From positions 570,252 through 634,251 of the forward strand of contig OY970216.1 in assembly GCA_963713955.1 (NCBI GenBank): DNA of 64,000 nucleotides. Reading direction: 5' to 3'. The position numbers and the translations under genes were made by a program. This document shows, in pieces, positions 10,567 to 19,823 of the stretch. This DNA is from an uncultured bacterium (GTDB lineage Bacteria > Patescibacteriota > Minisyncoccia > UBA6257 > GWB1-50-10). Below the pieces are notes generated by a model. The model saw only the letters and a list, made by a program, of their open reading frames with translations, ran no database searches and was not told the DNA's origin. Within the stretch, counting starts at the first letter, position 1. Each line of letters starts with the position of its first letter.

Positions 10567-10632
10567 AATGAGACCTCGACCCAATCTACCTCGACGAATT
10601 GACAAGAGAGAAAGTTCTATTACAATATACTA

Positions 10633-10858
10633 TTCAAGCACCTTGATTTTTTAATTTTTAGGAGACTGCCCAGACACGACGACATAACTCTCTTTTCCCC
10701 ACACCCGAGAAGAGAACCTCCGTCTGCGGCAGTCTCAAATTTCTGGAGAAGGCTCCAGAACAGAATGGTTGAATCTAGATCAAAATTGACCGACCATCCT
10801 GGAGCCCCACTCCCTTTCTTATAAAACAACTCTCACCCTTGTGGGAGTTTCGTTTTTT
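10633..10858 (+). ncRNA. Candidate structured ncRNA of unknown family
   Basis: TTGACA-N16-TACAAT promoter (10599-10626), long stems, intrinsic terminator 10828-10858, no convincing ORF. Confidence 0.4.
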
Positions 10859-10880
10859 ATTGTAGAATGACGAGGTATTT

Positions 10881-10951
10881 TGCCGGGTCGTCTAGTGGTA
10901 GGACGTTTGGCTCTGAACCAGAAAACTGGGGTTCGAATCCCTGCCCGGCAG
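10881..10951 (+). tRNA. tRNA-Gln(CTG)
   Basis: Cloverleaf: acceptor TGCCGGG/CCCGGCA, anticodon loop CT-CTG-AA, T-loop GTTCGAATC; CCA not encoded. Confidence 0.95.
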
Positions 10952-10954
10952 CTA

Positions 10955-10998
10955 ATACCACGACACTCGCTACTCTAATGTAGCGGGTGTTTTGGTAT
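10955..10998 (+). terminator. Hairpin downstream of tRNA-Gln
   Basis: ATACCA-CGACACTCGCTAC / GTAGCGGGTGTT-TTGGTAT inverted repeat. Confidence 0.55.
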
Positions 10999-11008
10999 CT
11001 AAATTGTC

Positions 11009-11142
11009 GGCAGGGATTCGAACGGGAGTGGGGTAGGGAAAACATCTGGTCTCCCTTGGCGGAAATATTAAAACCGAGGGGTTTAAAAACAGCGATTTGC
11101 TGTATAGCGAATCGCCGTTGTTCGACTCCCTGCCCGGCAGCT
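11009..11142. repeat. tRNA 3'-end-derived structured element
   Basis: Antisense copy of the tRNA T-arm (11009-11023) and a 22/23 direct copy of the tRNA 3' end (11120-11142 vs 10931-10953). Confidence 0.75.
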
Positions 11143-11192
11143 GAGGTGTTTTTAGTGTGCAGACCGTTTTCTGCATGTGCTAAACTTAATCT

Positions 11193-11927
11193 ATGAATCC
11201 CAAAAAAGATGCATACGGTCAGGAGATACTGACATATCTCAATAAAAAGCCTTCGTATGAGATCGTTGAAAGGGAAGACGGTTTTGTCGGACTATCCGGC
11301 GGGGTAAAGAACTATTTCGCCGATTTCAAGCATTGGCCCGAGTGGCAGAAGCAGGGTATCAAGTTCGCCAAGGGGAGAGTATTGGATATCGGAACCGGTG
11401 CCGGGAGAGTCGCTCTGTACCTCCAGAAAAAAGGCCACAAAGTGACGGCAATAGACAATTCACCACTTGCGATCCAAGTATGTAAGAGAAGGGGAGTGAG
11501 AGATGCGAGGGTTCTTCCTATCGAGAAGGTTGGCGCATTCAAACCAAGTACATTTGACACCGTCGTCATGTATGGAAACAATTTCGGTTTGTTCTGCAAT
11601 TTCAAAAAAGCAAAAACTCTTCTCAGGGAACTCCATAAGATCACGGCACCCGCTGCCCTGATTATTGCGGAAAGCAACGATCCGTACGAAACCAACAATC
11701 CGGTTCACCTCGCGTACCACAGACTTAATCGAAAGCGTGGCCGGATGACGGGACAAACAAAGCTTAGGATACGGTTCAGAAACTACATCGGGGATTGGTT
11801 TGACTATCTCCTCGTATCCAGACAGGAAATGAAAGATATCCTCAGGGGCACTGGCTGGAAAGTGAAGAAATTCATCGGTTCCGGCGCACATATGTACATA
11901 GCAGTCATTGGAAAGGATAAGAATTAA
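11193..11927 (+). CDS. Class I SAM-dependent methyltransferase
   Basis: VLDIGTGAG motif I, IDNS, FDTV. Confidence 0.9.
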   Translation: MNPKKDAYGQEILTYLNKKPSYEIVEREDGFVGLSGGVKNYFADFKHWPEWQKQGIKFAKGRVLDIGTGAGRVALYLQKKGHKVTAIDNSPLAIQVCKRRGVRDARVLPIEKVGAFKPSTFDTVVMYGNNFGLFCNFKKAKTLLRELHKITAPAALIIAESNDPYETNNPVHLAYHRLNRKRGRMTGQTKLRIRFRNYIGDWFDYLLVSRQEMKDILRGTGWKVKKFIGSGAHMYIAVIGKDKN

Positions 11928-11928
11928 G

Positions 11929-12267
11929 ATGATCACCTACGACGATTTTGAAAAAGTAGATATGCGCCTTGGAAAGATAGTGGAAGTCGAGGATCTTAAG
12001 AAAGCCAGGAATCCGTCTTTCAAGTTGAAAATAGATTTCGGTCCGGAGATTGGCGTCAAGACCTCAAGCGTCCAGGCTGTCGGCGCGCACATCAAAGAAG
12101 AACTCCTGGGGATGTTGGTCATCTGTGTCATCAATTTCTCGCCGAAAAGGGTTGCTGACTTCGATTCGGAAGTTCTGACGCTTGGATTCAGGAACAGTGA
12201 GGGAACCGGCTGGGTACTTATAACCCCATCAAAAAAATCAGTCAAAATTGGCGACAGGTTAAAATAG
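11929..12267 (+). CDS. csaA: tRNA-binding protein, CsaA/Trbp111 family
   Basis: ITYDDFEKVDMRLGKI, DFGPEIG, NFSPK, SEVLTLG. Confidence 0.85.
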   Translation: MITYDDFEKVDMRLGKIVEVEDLKKARNPSFKLKIDFGPEIGVKTSSVQAVGAHIKEELLGMLVICVINFSPKRVADFDSEVLTLGFRNSEGTGWVLITPSKKSVKIGDRLK

Positions 12268-12289
12268 CCGCGCGGCTAGAAAATTTACC

Positions 12290-12787
12290 ATGGTAGACCC
12301 AAACAGTGCCTATGAAAAGTTAATAAATCTGCTGGATAGCAACCACGTTGAATACAAGCTGTTCTCCCACAAGGAAGCATTGACCTGGGAAGAACTGGCT
12401 GAGGTGCAAAAGGAAACCGGCTTCTTCGGAACGGAGATGAAATGCATGGTCCTGAAAGCTGGTGATGATTTTATCGTCTATATAACCCTCCAAGGGAAGC
12501 GATTAAATTTCGATGCGATCAAGGAAAAACTCGACGTAACCAAGGTTCGGTTATCCACCCCGGAAGAATTGAACGAACATTTTGGTGCGAAGCCAGGCTG
12601 CGCCTATCCCTTTGGTTTCGACAATCAATACGACATCTACATTGATCCCGAAATCTATAAACAGGAATGGATGCTCTTTAGTCCTGTTTTCCCGAATAAG
12701 ACTGCGCAGGTCAGGGGATCGGATTTGAAGAAAGTGTTTGATTCTCTTGAAAATAAAGTGGAAGAGGTTACGGGATTTAATCAATGA
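12290..12787 (+). CDS. YbaK/ProX aminoacyl-tRNA deacylase family
   Basis: EMKCMVLK, GAKPGCAYPFG. Confidence 0.82.
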   Translation: MVDPNSAYEKLINLLDSNHVEYKLFSHKEALTWEELAEVQKETGFFGTEMKCMVLKAGDDFIVYITLQGKRLNFDAIKEKLDVTKVRLSTPEELNEHFGAKPGCAYPFGFDNQYDIYIDPEIYKQEWMLFSPVFPNKTAQVRGSDLKKVFDSLENKVEEVTGFNQ

Positions 12788-13539
12788 AAATAATTTCCTG
12801 GAACGTTAACGGGTTGAGGTCAGTGTATCAGAAGGGATTTTCCGCTTGGCTTGGAAAAAGTAACGCTGACATTGTTTGCCTTCAGGAAATAAAAGCGCAG
12901 GAAGGGCAAATCCCTACGGATTTACTTTCATTTAAGAACTATCATCTCTACATCAATCAAGCCCAGAAGAAAGGCTATAGCGGAGTTGCGGTATTTACGA
13001 GGGGGAAGCCCTTGAAGGTAAGTTATAAGTTAGGTCTGCGTCGTTTTGATAGTGAGGGGAGAATGATACAGCTCGAGTACAAAAACTTTATCTTAGTTGC
13101 GCTTTATATGCCCCACGGGGGAAGGTTTAAGGAAAATCTCCCCTACAAATTGGAGGCCTATAAAAATCTGTTTAATTGCCTCCGTAAACTGAAAAACAAG
13201 AACATCATTCTGGCGGGAGATTTTAACGTGGCTCATGAGGAAACTGACCTTGCGAGGCCGGATTCGAATAGAAACAACATCATGTTTACGCCAGGGGAAA
13301 GGAAGAAAATAGACATGTTGATGGAGAGCGGCTTCACGGATACCTTCAGAAAGTTCCACGGGGGAGGTGGCCACTACACTTGGTGGCCATATATGGCGAA
13401 TGCTCGTGAGAGAAACCTTGGATGGAGGATTGATTACATATTTACCTCCAGTCCGATCTCGAGAAGAGTTAAAGACGCCTTTATCTTAGATAAAGTACAT
13501 GGCTCAGACCATTGCCCTGTAGGGATAGATTTGTTGTAG
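12784..13539 (+). CDS. xth: Exodeoxyribonuclease III / AP endonuclease
   Basis: SWNVNGLR, LQEIK, GDFNVAH, WRIDY, SDHCP. Confidence 0.95.
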   Translation: MKIISWNVNGLRSVYQKGFSAWLGKSNADIVCLQEIKAQEGQIPTDLLSFKNYHLYINQAQKKGYSGVAVFTRGKPLKVSYKLGLRRFDSEGRMIQLEYKNFILVALYMPHGGRFKENLPYKLEAYKNLFNCLRKLKNKNIILAGDFNVAHEETDLARPDSNRNNIMFTPGERKKIDMLMESGFTDTFRKFHGGGGHYTWWPYMANARERNLGWRIDYIFTSSPISRRVKDAFILDKVHGSDHCPVGIDLL

Positions 13540-13559
13540 TTGTGTTAAACTGAAAACAT

Positions 13560-14108
13560 ATGAAATGCCCCAGGTGCAAAAGGGAAATGATAAAAAGGGT
13601 GAAAGATGTGAGTTATAACTTGAGAACTGGCAAACAGTACAGCAGGACTGTGTATTTGTGCGAGAAGGATGATGTGTGGTGGGCCAGGGTGGAAATTCCG
13701 AATGGAAAGATGACCAAGAAAGCCACGGGGGAGAAAGGAATCATAAAACACATAGAATTTTGGGTTTTTGATTTGAAGCGATCAATGAGATTCTATAAGG
13801 GTATTTTCAAACTTATTCACTGGGATCATGTCGAGAAAAACGCTTTCAGTAACGGCCAAACAAAGATCTACTTTATTGAGCAGAAGGTAGAACCCCAGAG
13901 AACGGTCGGCCCCAGGCATATATGTTTCTTGGCTGATTCGTGTGAAACCGTCGATGAGATTGCCCGGTTTTTGATCAAGAACAAAAGCGATATTATTCGG
14001 GGCCCCCTTGAGTACCAATACAGAAATCGGATCTCCTACACTATAGATTTCAGGGACCCTGACGGATATGTTATAGAGGTAGCGACCAAGTCGGTCATCC
14101 GGCATTAA
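13560..14108 (+). CDS. VOC/glyoxalase family protein with N-terminal Cys-motif extension
   Basis: HIEF, HICF, FRDPDGYVIEV; N-terminal CPRC...CEKDD. Confidence 0.8.
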   Translation: MKCPRCKREMIKRVKDVSYNLRTGKQYSRTVYLCEKDDVWWARVEIPNGKMTKKATGEKGIIKHIEFWVFDLKRSMRFYKGIFKLIHWDHVEKNAFSNGQTKIYFIEQKVEPQRTVGPRHICFLADSCETVDEIARFLIKNKSDIIRGPLEYQYRNRISYTIDFRDPDGYVIEVATKSVIRH

Positions 14109-14116
14109 ACCTTGAG

Positions 14117-14914
14117 ATGAAACGGGAGGACTACATAAAAGCAATTCAAACCTTTGAACCGGTCTTTTTCGATGCTGGTAAGTTAGCGGTGGAATTGCAA
14201 AAAGGTATTGTGCCAAAAACGAAGCTCGGTACGGGGGTGCACGACATAGATGTGGTGACGGATGCGGACACCGCGGTCCAGGAAATGGTTCTATCAGCTG
14301 CGAGCAAGACCATATTGTCAGAGTGCCGCCTCGTGGCCGAAGAAGATACGGAATCAGTCGGCAAATTCAATCCAAACGGAGAATTTTTGTTCGCCATTGA
14401 CCCAATCGACGGAACACATCGGTACGCTGAAGGTGGCCAGATTTTTAGTCTTATAGTTAGCCTTCAAGCCCCGGGTTTACCCATCTACACCTTTGCGCAT
14501 TATCCCGCCATCAGATGGACTCATTGGTTCATTGGCAACACGCATCGCGAAGAAGGACAGAAACCCGGAATATCAATTAAAAGAACAGATAAGGCGATCA
14601 CGTATTCGTATGGTGATCCAAAGAGTAGAGTATCTGATTTAGAAATCCAGAAGATGAAAACCAGGGGTTATGACTTTGTAGACAAGGAATCACTAACTTC
14701 CGATTGCGGTGCGACGACTACCCTCCTCGCCGGAGTGGTTGAGGGATACTATTGCGAAGATCCTCTTGCCGTCGATGGATTAGTTGGCATGCATTATGGC
14801 CTGGCACATAATTGTGAAATTCACAGTACCTTGCAGAAAGAATGGCCGAAACCTGGGTTTGGCGGCATTAGATACTCTGGCTATTATTTTGTTATTCGAG
14901 AGGGGAAGAATTAA
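14117..14914 (+). CDS. Inositol monophosphatase family protein
   Basis: VVTDAD, AEE, IDPIDGT. Confidence 0.85.
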   Translation: MKREDYIKAIQTFEPVFFDAGKLAVELQKGIVPKTKLGTGVHDIDVVTDADTAVQEMVLSAASKTILSECRLVAEEDTESVGKFNPNGEFLFAIDPIDGTHRYAEGGQIFSLIVSLQAPGLPIYTFAHYPAIRWTHWFIGNTHREEGQKPGISIKRTDKAITYSYGDPKSRVSDLEIQKMKTRGYDFVDKESLTSDCGATTTLLAGVVEGYYCEDPLAVDGLVGMHYGLAHNCEIHSTLQKEWPKPGFGGIRYSGYYFVIREGKN

Positions 14915-15145
14915 GACAAATAGGGTGGGTGTTAATGCTAGTTTATGCCCTTAAGCAATTCCCGACACCTTCCAGCGCGCCGAGCTGAAGTATTTTTTAT
15001 CGCGCCGCGCAGACCGAAAGGTCTGTTTTGGCAACCTAATTCCAAGCTATTGGGATATTACGATGCTGTTGACATCAGTGCTGTTTCGGTATATAAATCA
15101 CAACAGAAACTTCACTTAACTAACCTCTCAAAGGAAGGAGACAAT

Positions 15146-15847
15146 ATGAGAGACTTTATTGACTGTGAAAAGAAACTGGGCGTGGAGTTTAAGAACAAAG
15201 AACTCCTCAAGAATGCTTTTACTCACCGTTCGTATGTCAACGAGGTTAAGGGATTAAATACGAGGCACAATGAGCGCCTGGAGTTTCTCGGGGATGCAGT
15301 CCTTGAACTTATAGTAAGGGAATACCTTTACACGGCATTTCCCGAAAAACCCGAGGGTGAGCTTGCCGCCATCCGTAATACGCTTGTGGGTATGGAAATA
15401 CTCTCCGGTGTTACCCGTCGTTTGGAGGTAAGTGAGTTCCTGCTCACTTCAAATGGTGCCATAAAAGAGGGGGAACGCGCCTTGAGGACCATACTCGGCA
15501 GGCTCTATGAGGCCATCGTCGGTGCAATATACCTTGATCAGGGATATGAGACAGCGCAAAACCTCGTCTATGAGACTCTCCTGCCCGAACTCAAGACAGC
15601 CATTAACTTCCGCGACGCCAAGTCCTTTTTCCAAGAAGTAGCCCAGGCGTTGATGAAAATCACGCCGCACTATGAGCTCCTTAAGGAAGAAGGGCTCGAC
15701 AATAAGAAATGCTTTGTCGTCGCAGCCTGCTTAGGTGAAGAGCAAGTCGCGACCGGTGTAGGCACCTCCAAGAAGGAAGCAGAAACCAGAGCAGCGGAAG
15801 CCGCCCTGAAAGTAAAGGGTTGGCTTAACAAAATACCAGTCGTCTAA
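15146..15847 (+). CDS. rnc: Ribonuclease III (divergent, possibly a paralog)
   Basis: AFTHRS, NERLEFLGDAVL, EAIVGAIYLD, C-terminal dsRBD; RBS GGAG before ATG 15146; TTGACA promoter near 15069. Confidence 0.9.
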   Translation: MRDFIDCEKKLGVEFKNKELLKNAFTHRSYVNEVKGLNTRHNERLEFLGDAVLELIVREYLYTAFPEKPEGELAAIRNTLVGMEILSGVTRRLEVSEFLLTSNGAIKEGERALRTILGRLYEAIVGAIYLDQGYETAQNLVYETLLPELKTAINFRDAKSFFQEVAQALMKITPHYELLKEEGLDNKKCFVVAACLGEEQVATGVGTSKKEAETRAAEAALKVKGWLNKIPVV

Positions 15848-15933
15848 CGACGGTAACTTTATTCAAGCCCCCGTTCGTGTCATCGATTTGACCGGCGGGG
15901 CGCTTTATTTTCATGAAGGGAATACTTTGATAA

Positions 15934-16778
15934 GGGTATCCCTAGTCAATTGGCGCAAAGGTTAACGACTTTTTGAGGTAGTTCCTGGGGTTTTGAAACA
16001 ATTCCGGTGAGGAAAATCTGACGGAAAATTCCCTCACGTAGTCAGGCATCTTCTCCGCGGTCACGTGATGGTACATTCTCCTCACGAATGTCCTGAAGTT
16101 CCCGAACATCCCCTCGATCTCGGAGGTCTTCCCGAACTCCCATTTAGCATGGATGTCCCGTTCGTGTCTCACTGGCCACCATCTCTCGATGCCCCGGTAT
16201 ATGGCTGCCCCATCGGTATGGAGCCTCGCCCTCGGCTTCACGTACTCCATGAGGAACCGAACCGCTTCTGCTCGGTCAACCGACTTCTCGGGCAAAACCA
16301 CGTACGCGACCTTTCTCGAGCGCTCCTCTTTCCCCATGATGAGTGACCAGCCCTTGCCGTATGCCTCATCGAGCTGCACGATCCGTGAGAGAATATCATG
16401 GTTTTGAGGCAGGTGTTCCCGGAAGCGGTCGTACCAGCGACGGATGGCCATCTCGGAAAGCCCCGAGAGGTTCATGGCTTGAACAACGGGTATCTTTTCG
16501 CACCACGCCCAGAGGACGAGCCACCACGTCTCAAGCGGGAGCTTCAGATCGCTTAACCAGGTGTATGAGAGGAGGGTGAACCTTCTCCGACATCGGGGGC
16601 ACCAGTACCGATCCTTCTCCTTCCAGACATCCCGGTACCGACAGCGGGGACAGTACACATTCTTGCCAAAGAGCGTTCTCCGGAGAAACTTCCTGATCTG
16701 GGCTTCCGACGGTATTTGATTCAATTGGTACATATCCTTCATGGTATGCGATATGCGCCAACATGATTAGAGTACCCC
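15934..16778 (-). mobile_element. IS1595-family insertion sequence (845 bp)
   Basis: Imperfect TIRs GGGTATCCCTAGTCAATTGGCGCA / GGGGTACTCTAATCATGTTGGCGCA; 8-bp TSD TTTGATAA (15926-15933, 16779-16786). Confidence 0.93.
15942..16742 (-). CDS. IS1595-family transposase
   Basis: Zn ribbon CPRC..CPRC, QLDEAY, HTDG, EIEGMF, YHHV. Confidence 0.93.
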   Translation of the reverse strand: MKDMYQLNQIPSEAQIRKFLRRTLFGKNVYCPRCRYRDVWKEKDRYWCPRCRRRFTLLSYTWLSDLKLPLETWWLVLWAWCEKIPVVQAMNLSGLSEMAIRRWYDRFREHLPQNHDILSRIVQLDEAYGKGWSLIMGKEERSRKVAYVVLPEKSVDRAEAVRFLMEYVKPRARLHTDGAAIYRGIERWWPVRHERDIHAKWEFGKTSEIEGMFGNFRTFVRRMYHHVTAEKMPDYVREFSVRFSSPELFQNPRNYLKKSLTFAPID

Positions 16779-16790
16779 TTTGATAAAACC

Positions 16791-16819
16791 TTGACATATT
16801 CACCGAAAGGTGGTATTTT
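16791..16819 (+). promoter_or_regulatory. Sigma70 promoter for the repeat-protein gene
   Basis: TTGACA-N17-TATTTT with extended TG; RBS AAGGAGG before 16885. Confidence 0.55.
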
Positions 16820-16884
16820 ATTTACACGCATATTTACTTTTTAATATTAGCTGAAAACTTAACCGAAAGGAGGGATAAGCAGAC

Positions 16885-17762
16885 ATGAGATTGGAATGGA
16901 GTGAAATGCTTGTGATTGCGGCTATTAGAGAGCTTCATAGGACTGGAGTAAGGATAAATTCCAATTACATCCAGGAACACTACAGGAGTTTGTACAATGC
17001 TGCAGTGTGGCGTTTCGGTAGTTGGGGCGACGCAGTTGAGGCGAGCGGATACAGTTATGCAAAGATTCTCGCACTCAAGCTACTTCGCCATCCGAAATGG
17101 AGTAAACAAATTGTAATCTCGAGAATAAGGGAACTCCATGAATCCGGTGAAAAGCTGAACTCGAATTATATCCAGACACACCACCAATCTCTCTACGGAG
17201 CTGCTATTAGATACTTCGGGAGTTGGGGGAAGGCCGTTAAAGCCGCTGGGTACGATTATGGTTCGGTCCGGGTTCGGAAACCTTTTCGTTCTTGGACGAA
17301 GGACAAAATTGTGAGTGCCATTAAGACCAGGTACCGGAAAGGATTGCCAATCAACACAATGGCAATCTACTCACAGGATCGCGGTCTTTATAGCGCGGTC
17401 AGACGTCATTTTGGGAAAGACGGTATGAAGAAAGCTCAAAAAAAAGCCGGCTTCAATCCGCGAGATTTAGATCCCAAGAGAATATGGACTTCTAAGAAGG
17501 TGTTGCGGGAAATAAGGAGATTGAAAAAACTTCATGTCCCGCTCTACCACTTTTATCTTCTGAATCACGGTTACCAAAGCTTGACCTACGCCGGAGTAAG
17601 GCTCTTCGGCAGCTGGAGAAAGACAATCAAAGCCGCCAGACTTGATTACGATCGTATTAAAGCGGTCAGGAATCATTTCTGGAATAAGGGGCGAGTGATT
17701 GTAGAGATCAGACGTCTTGCCAGAAAAGGTGAGCGCCTGAGTTCGAAACACATCCACCTTAC
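16885..17762 (+). pseudogene. Basic tandem-repeat protein (homing-endonuclease-associated-repeat-like), 3'-truncated by IS3
   Basis: At least 4 repeats of ~65 aa with W(S/T)xxxI...LY.AA..FGSW..A..AAG; the fifth repeat runs into the IS end at 17763. Confidence 0.75.
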
Positions 17763-17824
17763 TGTGATGGATAGGTTTCTTTAGACAGTCACTCGACAAG
17801 TTTTCTCGTCGTTTTTTCATTCTC

Positions 17825-18607
17825 TCACACTGCTATCTTCTCTGCAAACACCGAAGGCGGCATCCTGAGAGCGGAGTGGATTCTTGTATGGTTGTACTCC
17901 CAAAGCGTTCGGTAGATCTCCGCCACAAGTTCCCCTAAGGATCTGAACCGATTAGGATCGCCAAGATCCATTTTGAATTTTCCGTAGAAAGATTCTTGGT
18001 ATCCGTTCTCCCACGGCGATCCGGGGCGTGAGCGGGAGATGGTGATGCCGTAGCGCTCAAGCATAGCGATGAACGCCTTCGCTTCGTATTCCCTCCCGTT
18101 GTCAGAATGGAAGATCACGGGTCGCGGGCAATGGAAGAGCGCGTTCGCCAGAGTTTGGATGGTGAGCGTCGATCCCTTCCGGGTCGCCACATGAACGCCC
18201 ATCAGTTGCCTCGTAAACAGGTTAAGGATCGTTGATACGTACAGCTTCTTCCCGTGAAAGACAAGCTCCGTGAAATCCGTCGCCCAGACATGGTTCGCAT
18301 ATGATGGCATAATGCCGAGGAGGAGGTTCGGGAAGTGCCGTTCCGCCTTGGATTTCCTGTATTTTCTCCCATGCCTGCGGTAGGGCTTGATGCCGTAAAT
18401 CCGCATGACCCGTTGCGCTCTCGGTCTGCCGATGCCGAGCGCAATCGCCAGTCGGCGTGAGCCGTATGAGGGATGCTCGTGAAGCACCTCCTCCGTCCGG
18501 ACCTTTAATGCCCAATCCTTCTTGTCCTGCGTTGCGACGTAATAGAGCGATGAGCGCGAGACACCCATGGCGCGAGCCAGGGCGGATACGTTCCTTTCCC
18601 TGCTCAA
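17825..18607 (-). CDS. IS3 transposase OrfB (DDE)
   Basis: YGSRR, WATDFT, FHSDNG, ENGYQESF, YNHTRIHS. Confidence 0.93.
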   Translation of the reverse strand: MSRERNVSALARAMGVSRSSLYYVATQDKKDWALKVRTEEVLHEHPSYGSRRLAIALGIGRPRAQRVMRIYGIKPYRRHGRKYRKSKAERHFPNLLLGIMPSYANHVWATDFTELVFHGKKLYVSTILNLFTRQLMGVHVATRKGSTLTIQTLANALFHCPRPVIFHSDNGREYEAKAFIAMLERYGITISRSRPGSPWENGYQESFYGKFKMDLGDPNRFRSLGELVAEIYRTLWEYNHTRIHSALRMPPSVFAEKIAV

Positions 18608-18867
18608 TTCTTTTTTTGGGTCTGGGACAGCTTGATCGTGAGTTCACCGATCACTTCGAAGAGTTCCTGATTCTGTTTCTTTAGGCGATTGATTTCTCCC
18701 CAGGAGGGAGCGCTCGTGGCACCGGCGCCGAGCCATCCATACACGGTTGTCTCGTGGACGCCTGCATCTTTTGCCGCTTCTGCGACGGAGACGCCTTCTT
18801 CCTTCACGCGGCGGACAATCTCCGCTTTTACCTCTTTCGCTACCCGATATCCTTTTTTGTTAGCCAT
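18604..18867 (-). CDS. IS3 transposase OrfA (HTH)
   Basis: HTH plus leucine zipper; ends at an A7G slippery site. Confidence 0.9.
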   Translation of the reverse strand: MANKKGYRVAKEVKAEIVRRVKEEGVSVAEAAKDAGVHETTVYGWLGAGATSAPSWGEINRLKKQNQELFEVIGELTIKLSQTQKKN

Positions 18868-18921
18868 GACACAATGGTAATTTGTTCCGACCTTTGTGTC
18901 TAAATTTTCCTATCCGGAACA

Positions 18922-19134
18922 GTCGCCGAAGACCCAAACTATCTTCAGCTCTATCTGAGAAAGGTCTCAAAAGATCAAATTGGAATCGGTCTCACCTACC
19001 AGATACCGGAGGGCAAGGATGTCAAAACAGCTCAGGGGGAGTATTTTGACAAAGTCTCCGACTATCTTAAGCGGAACTTCGGGAACGATCTTGTGGGCTG
19101 GGATATGGCGGCCACCGTTCAACTCGTCAAATAA
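18922..19134 (+). pseudogene. 3' fragment of an unknown gene cut by IS3
   Basis: Open frame VAEDPNYLQLYLRK...VQLVK* starting at the IS end, followed by terminator 19163-19193. Confidence 0.55.
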
Positions 19135-19316
19135 ACAATAACAGTCGAAAAAGGACTGGAACTAGAAAACCTGCCGATATGGCGGGTTTTCTACTTTTAT
19201 ACAACCCCCACCTTTCAGAACTATAAATGTAATAAGTGCGGCGAGCTTTCTAACATCTAACTAGAAGCCTTATAATTTCACTGGTATTACTCATTAAAAA
19301 GAGTTATCTTTTTGTT

Positions 19317-19823
19317 ATGGCGGAAAATAATGCTGCCTTTATTGACAGTAATAATCTTTATCAGGCGATCAAGAAGCTAGGCTGGAAACTAGATTATTTG
19401 AAATTTAAGACATATCTCTTAGAGAAATACAAAGTTAGAAATGCTTATCTATGTATTGGATACCTACCTCAGAATCAGGCAATGTATACCAACCTACAAC
19501 AGAGGGGTTATATTCTCGTTTTTAAACCAGTTTTAACACTCAAAGATGGCACCACGAAGGGTAACTGTGACGCCGATCTAGTTCTAAGGGCTATGATTGA
19601 ATATCCTAATTATGATAAAGCGGTGATCGTGGCCGGAGACGGAGATTATTATTCCTTAATCGATTACTTGAAATCTAAAGATAAACTGGAGCAAGTTCTG
19701 ATTCCAAATGAGTTCAGGTATTCAGCACTATTAAAAAAGGTCAATGACGAACACTTAAAATACACTTCTTTCATAAGTAGGTTGAGAAATAAGTTGGAAT
19801 ATTTTAGCACTGAAGCCTCATAA
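19317..19823 (+). CDS. NYN-domain (LabA/DUF88, PIN-like) putative ribonuclease
   Basis: FIDSNNL, KGNCDADL, AGDGDY acidic motifs; AT-rich. Confidence 0.92.
   Translation: MAENNAAFIDSNNLYQAIKKLGWKLDYLKFKTYLLEKYKVRNAYLCIGYLPQNQAMYTNLQQRGYILVFKPVLTLKDGTTKGNCDADLVLRAMIEYPNYDKAVIVAGDGDYYSLIDYLKSKDKLEQVLIPNEFRYSALLKKVNDEHLKYTSFISRLRNKLEYFSTEAS

Larger units (their letters stand above)
17763..18921 (-). mobile_element. IS3-family element A, copy 1 (1159 bp)
   Basis: TG..CA TIRs TGTTCCGGATAGG..TTTAGACA / TGTGATGGATAGG..TTTAGACA; orfA/orfB translate identically to copies 2 and 3; no TSD. Confidence 0.95.

Noticed and set aside
11120-11142. attR of a prophage or integrative element, or a second tRNA
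   Set aside because: Only ~170 bp from the tRNA, no integrase or phage genes, and no D or anticodon arm; reported as a mini-element instead
14960-15060. GNRA-capped hairpin CAGACCGAAAGGTCTG as an intron or ribozyme remnant
   Set aside because: No further group I/II or hammerhead core elements could be identified
14945-15145. 67-aa N-terminal extension on RNase III
   Set aside because: A promoter and RBS lie within it and point to ATG 15146
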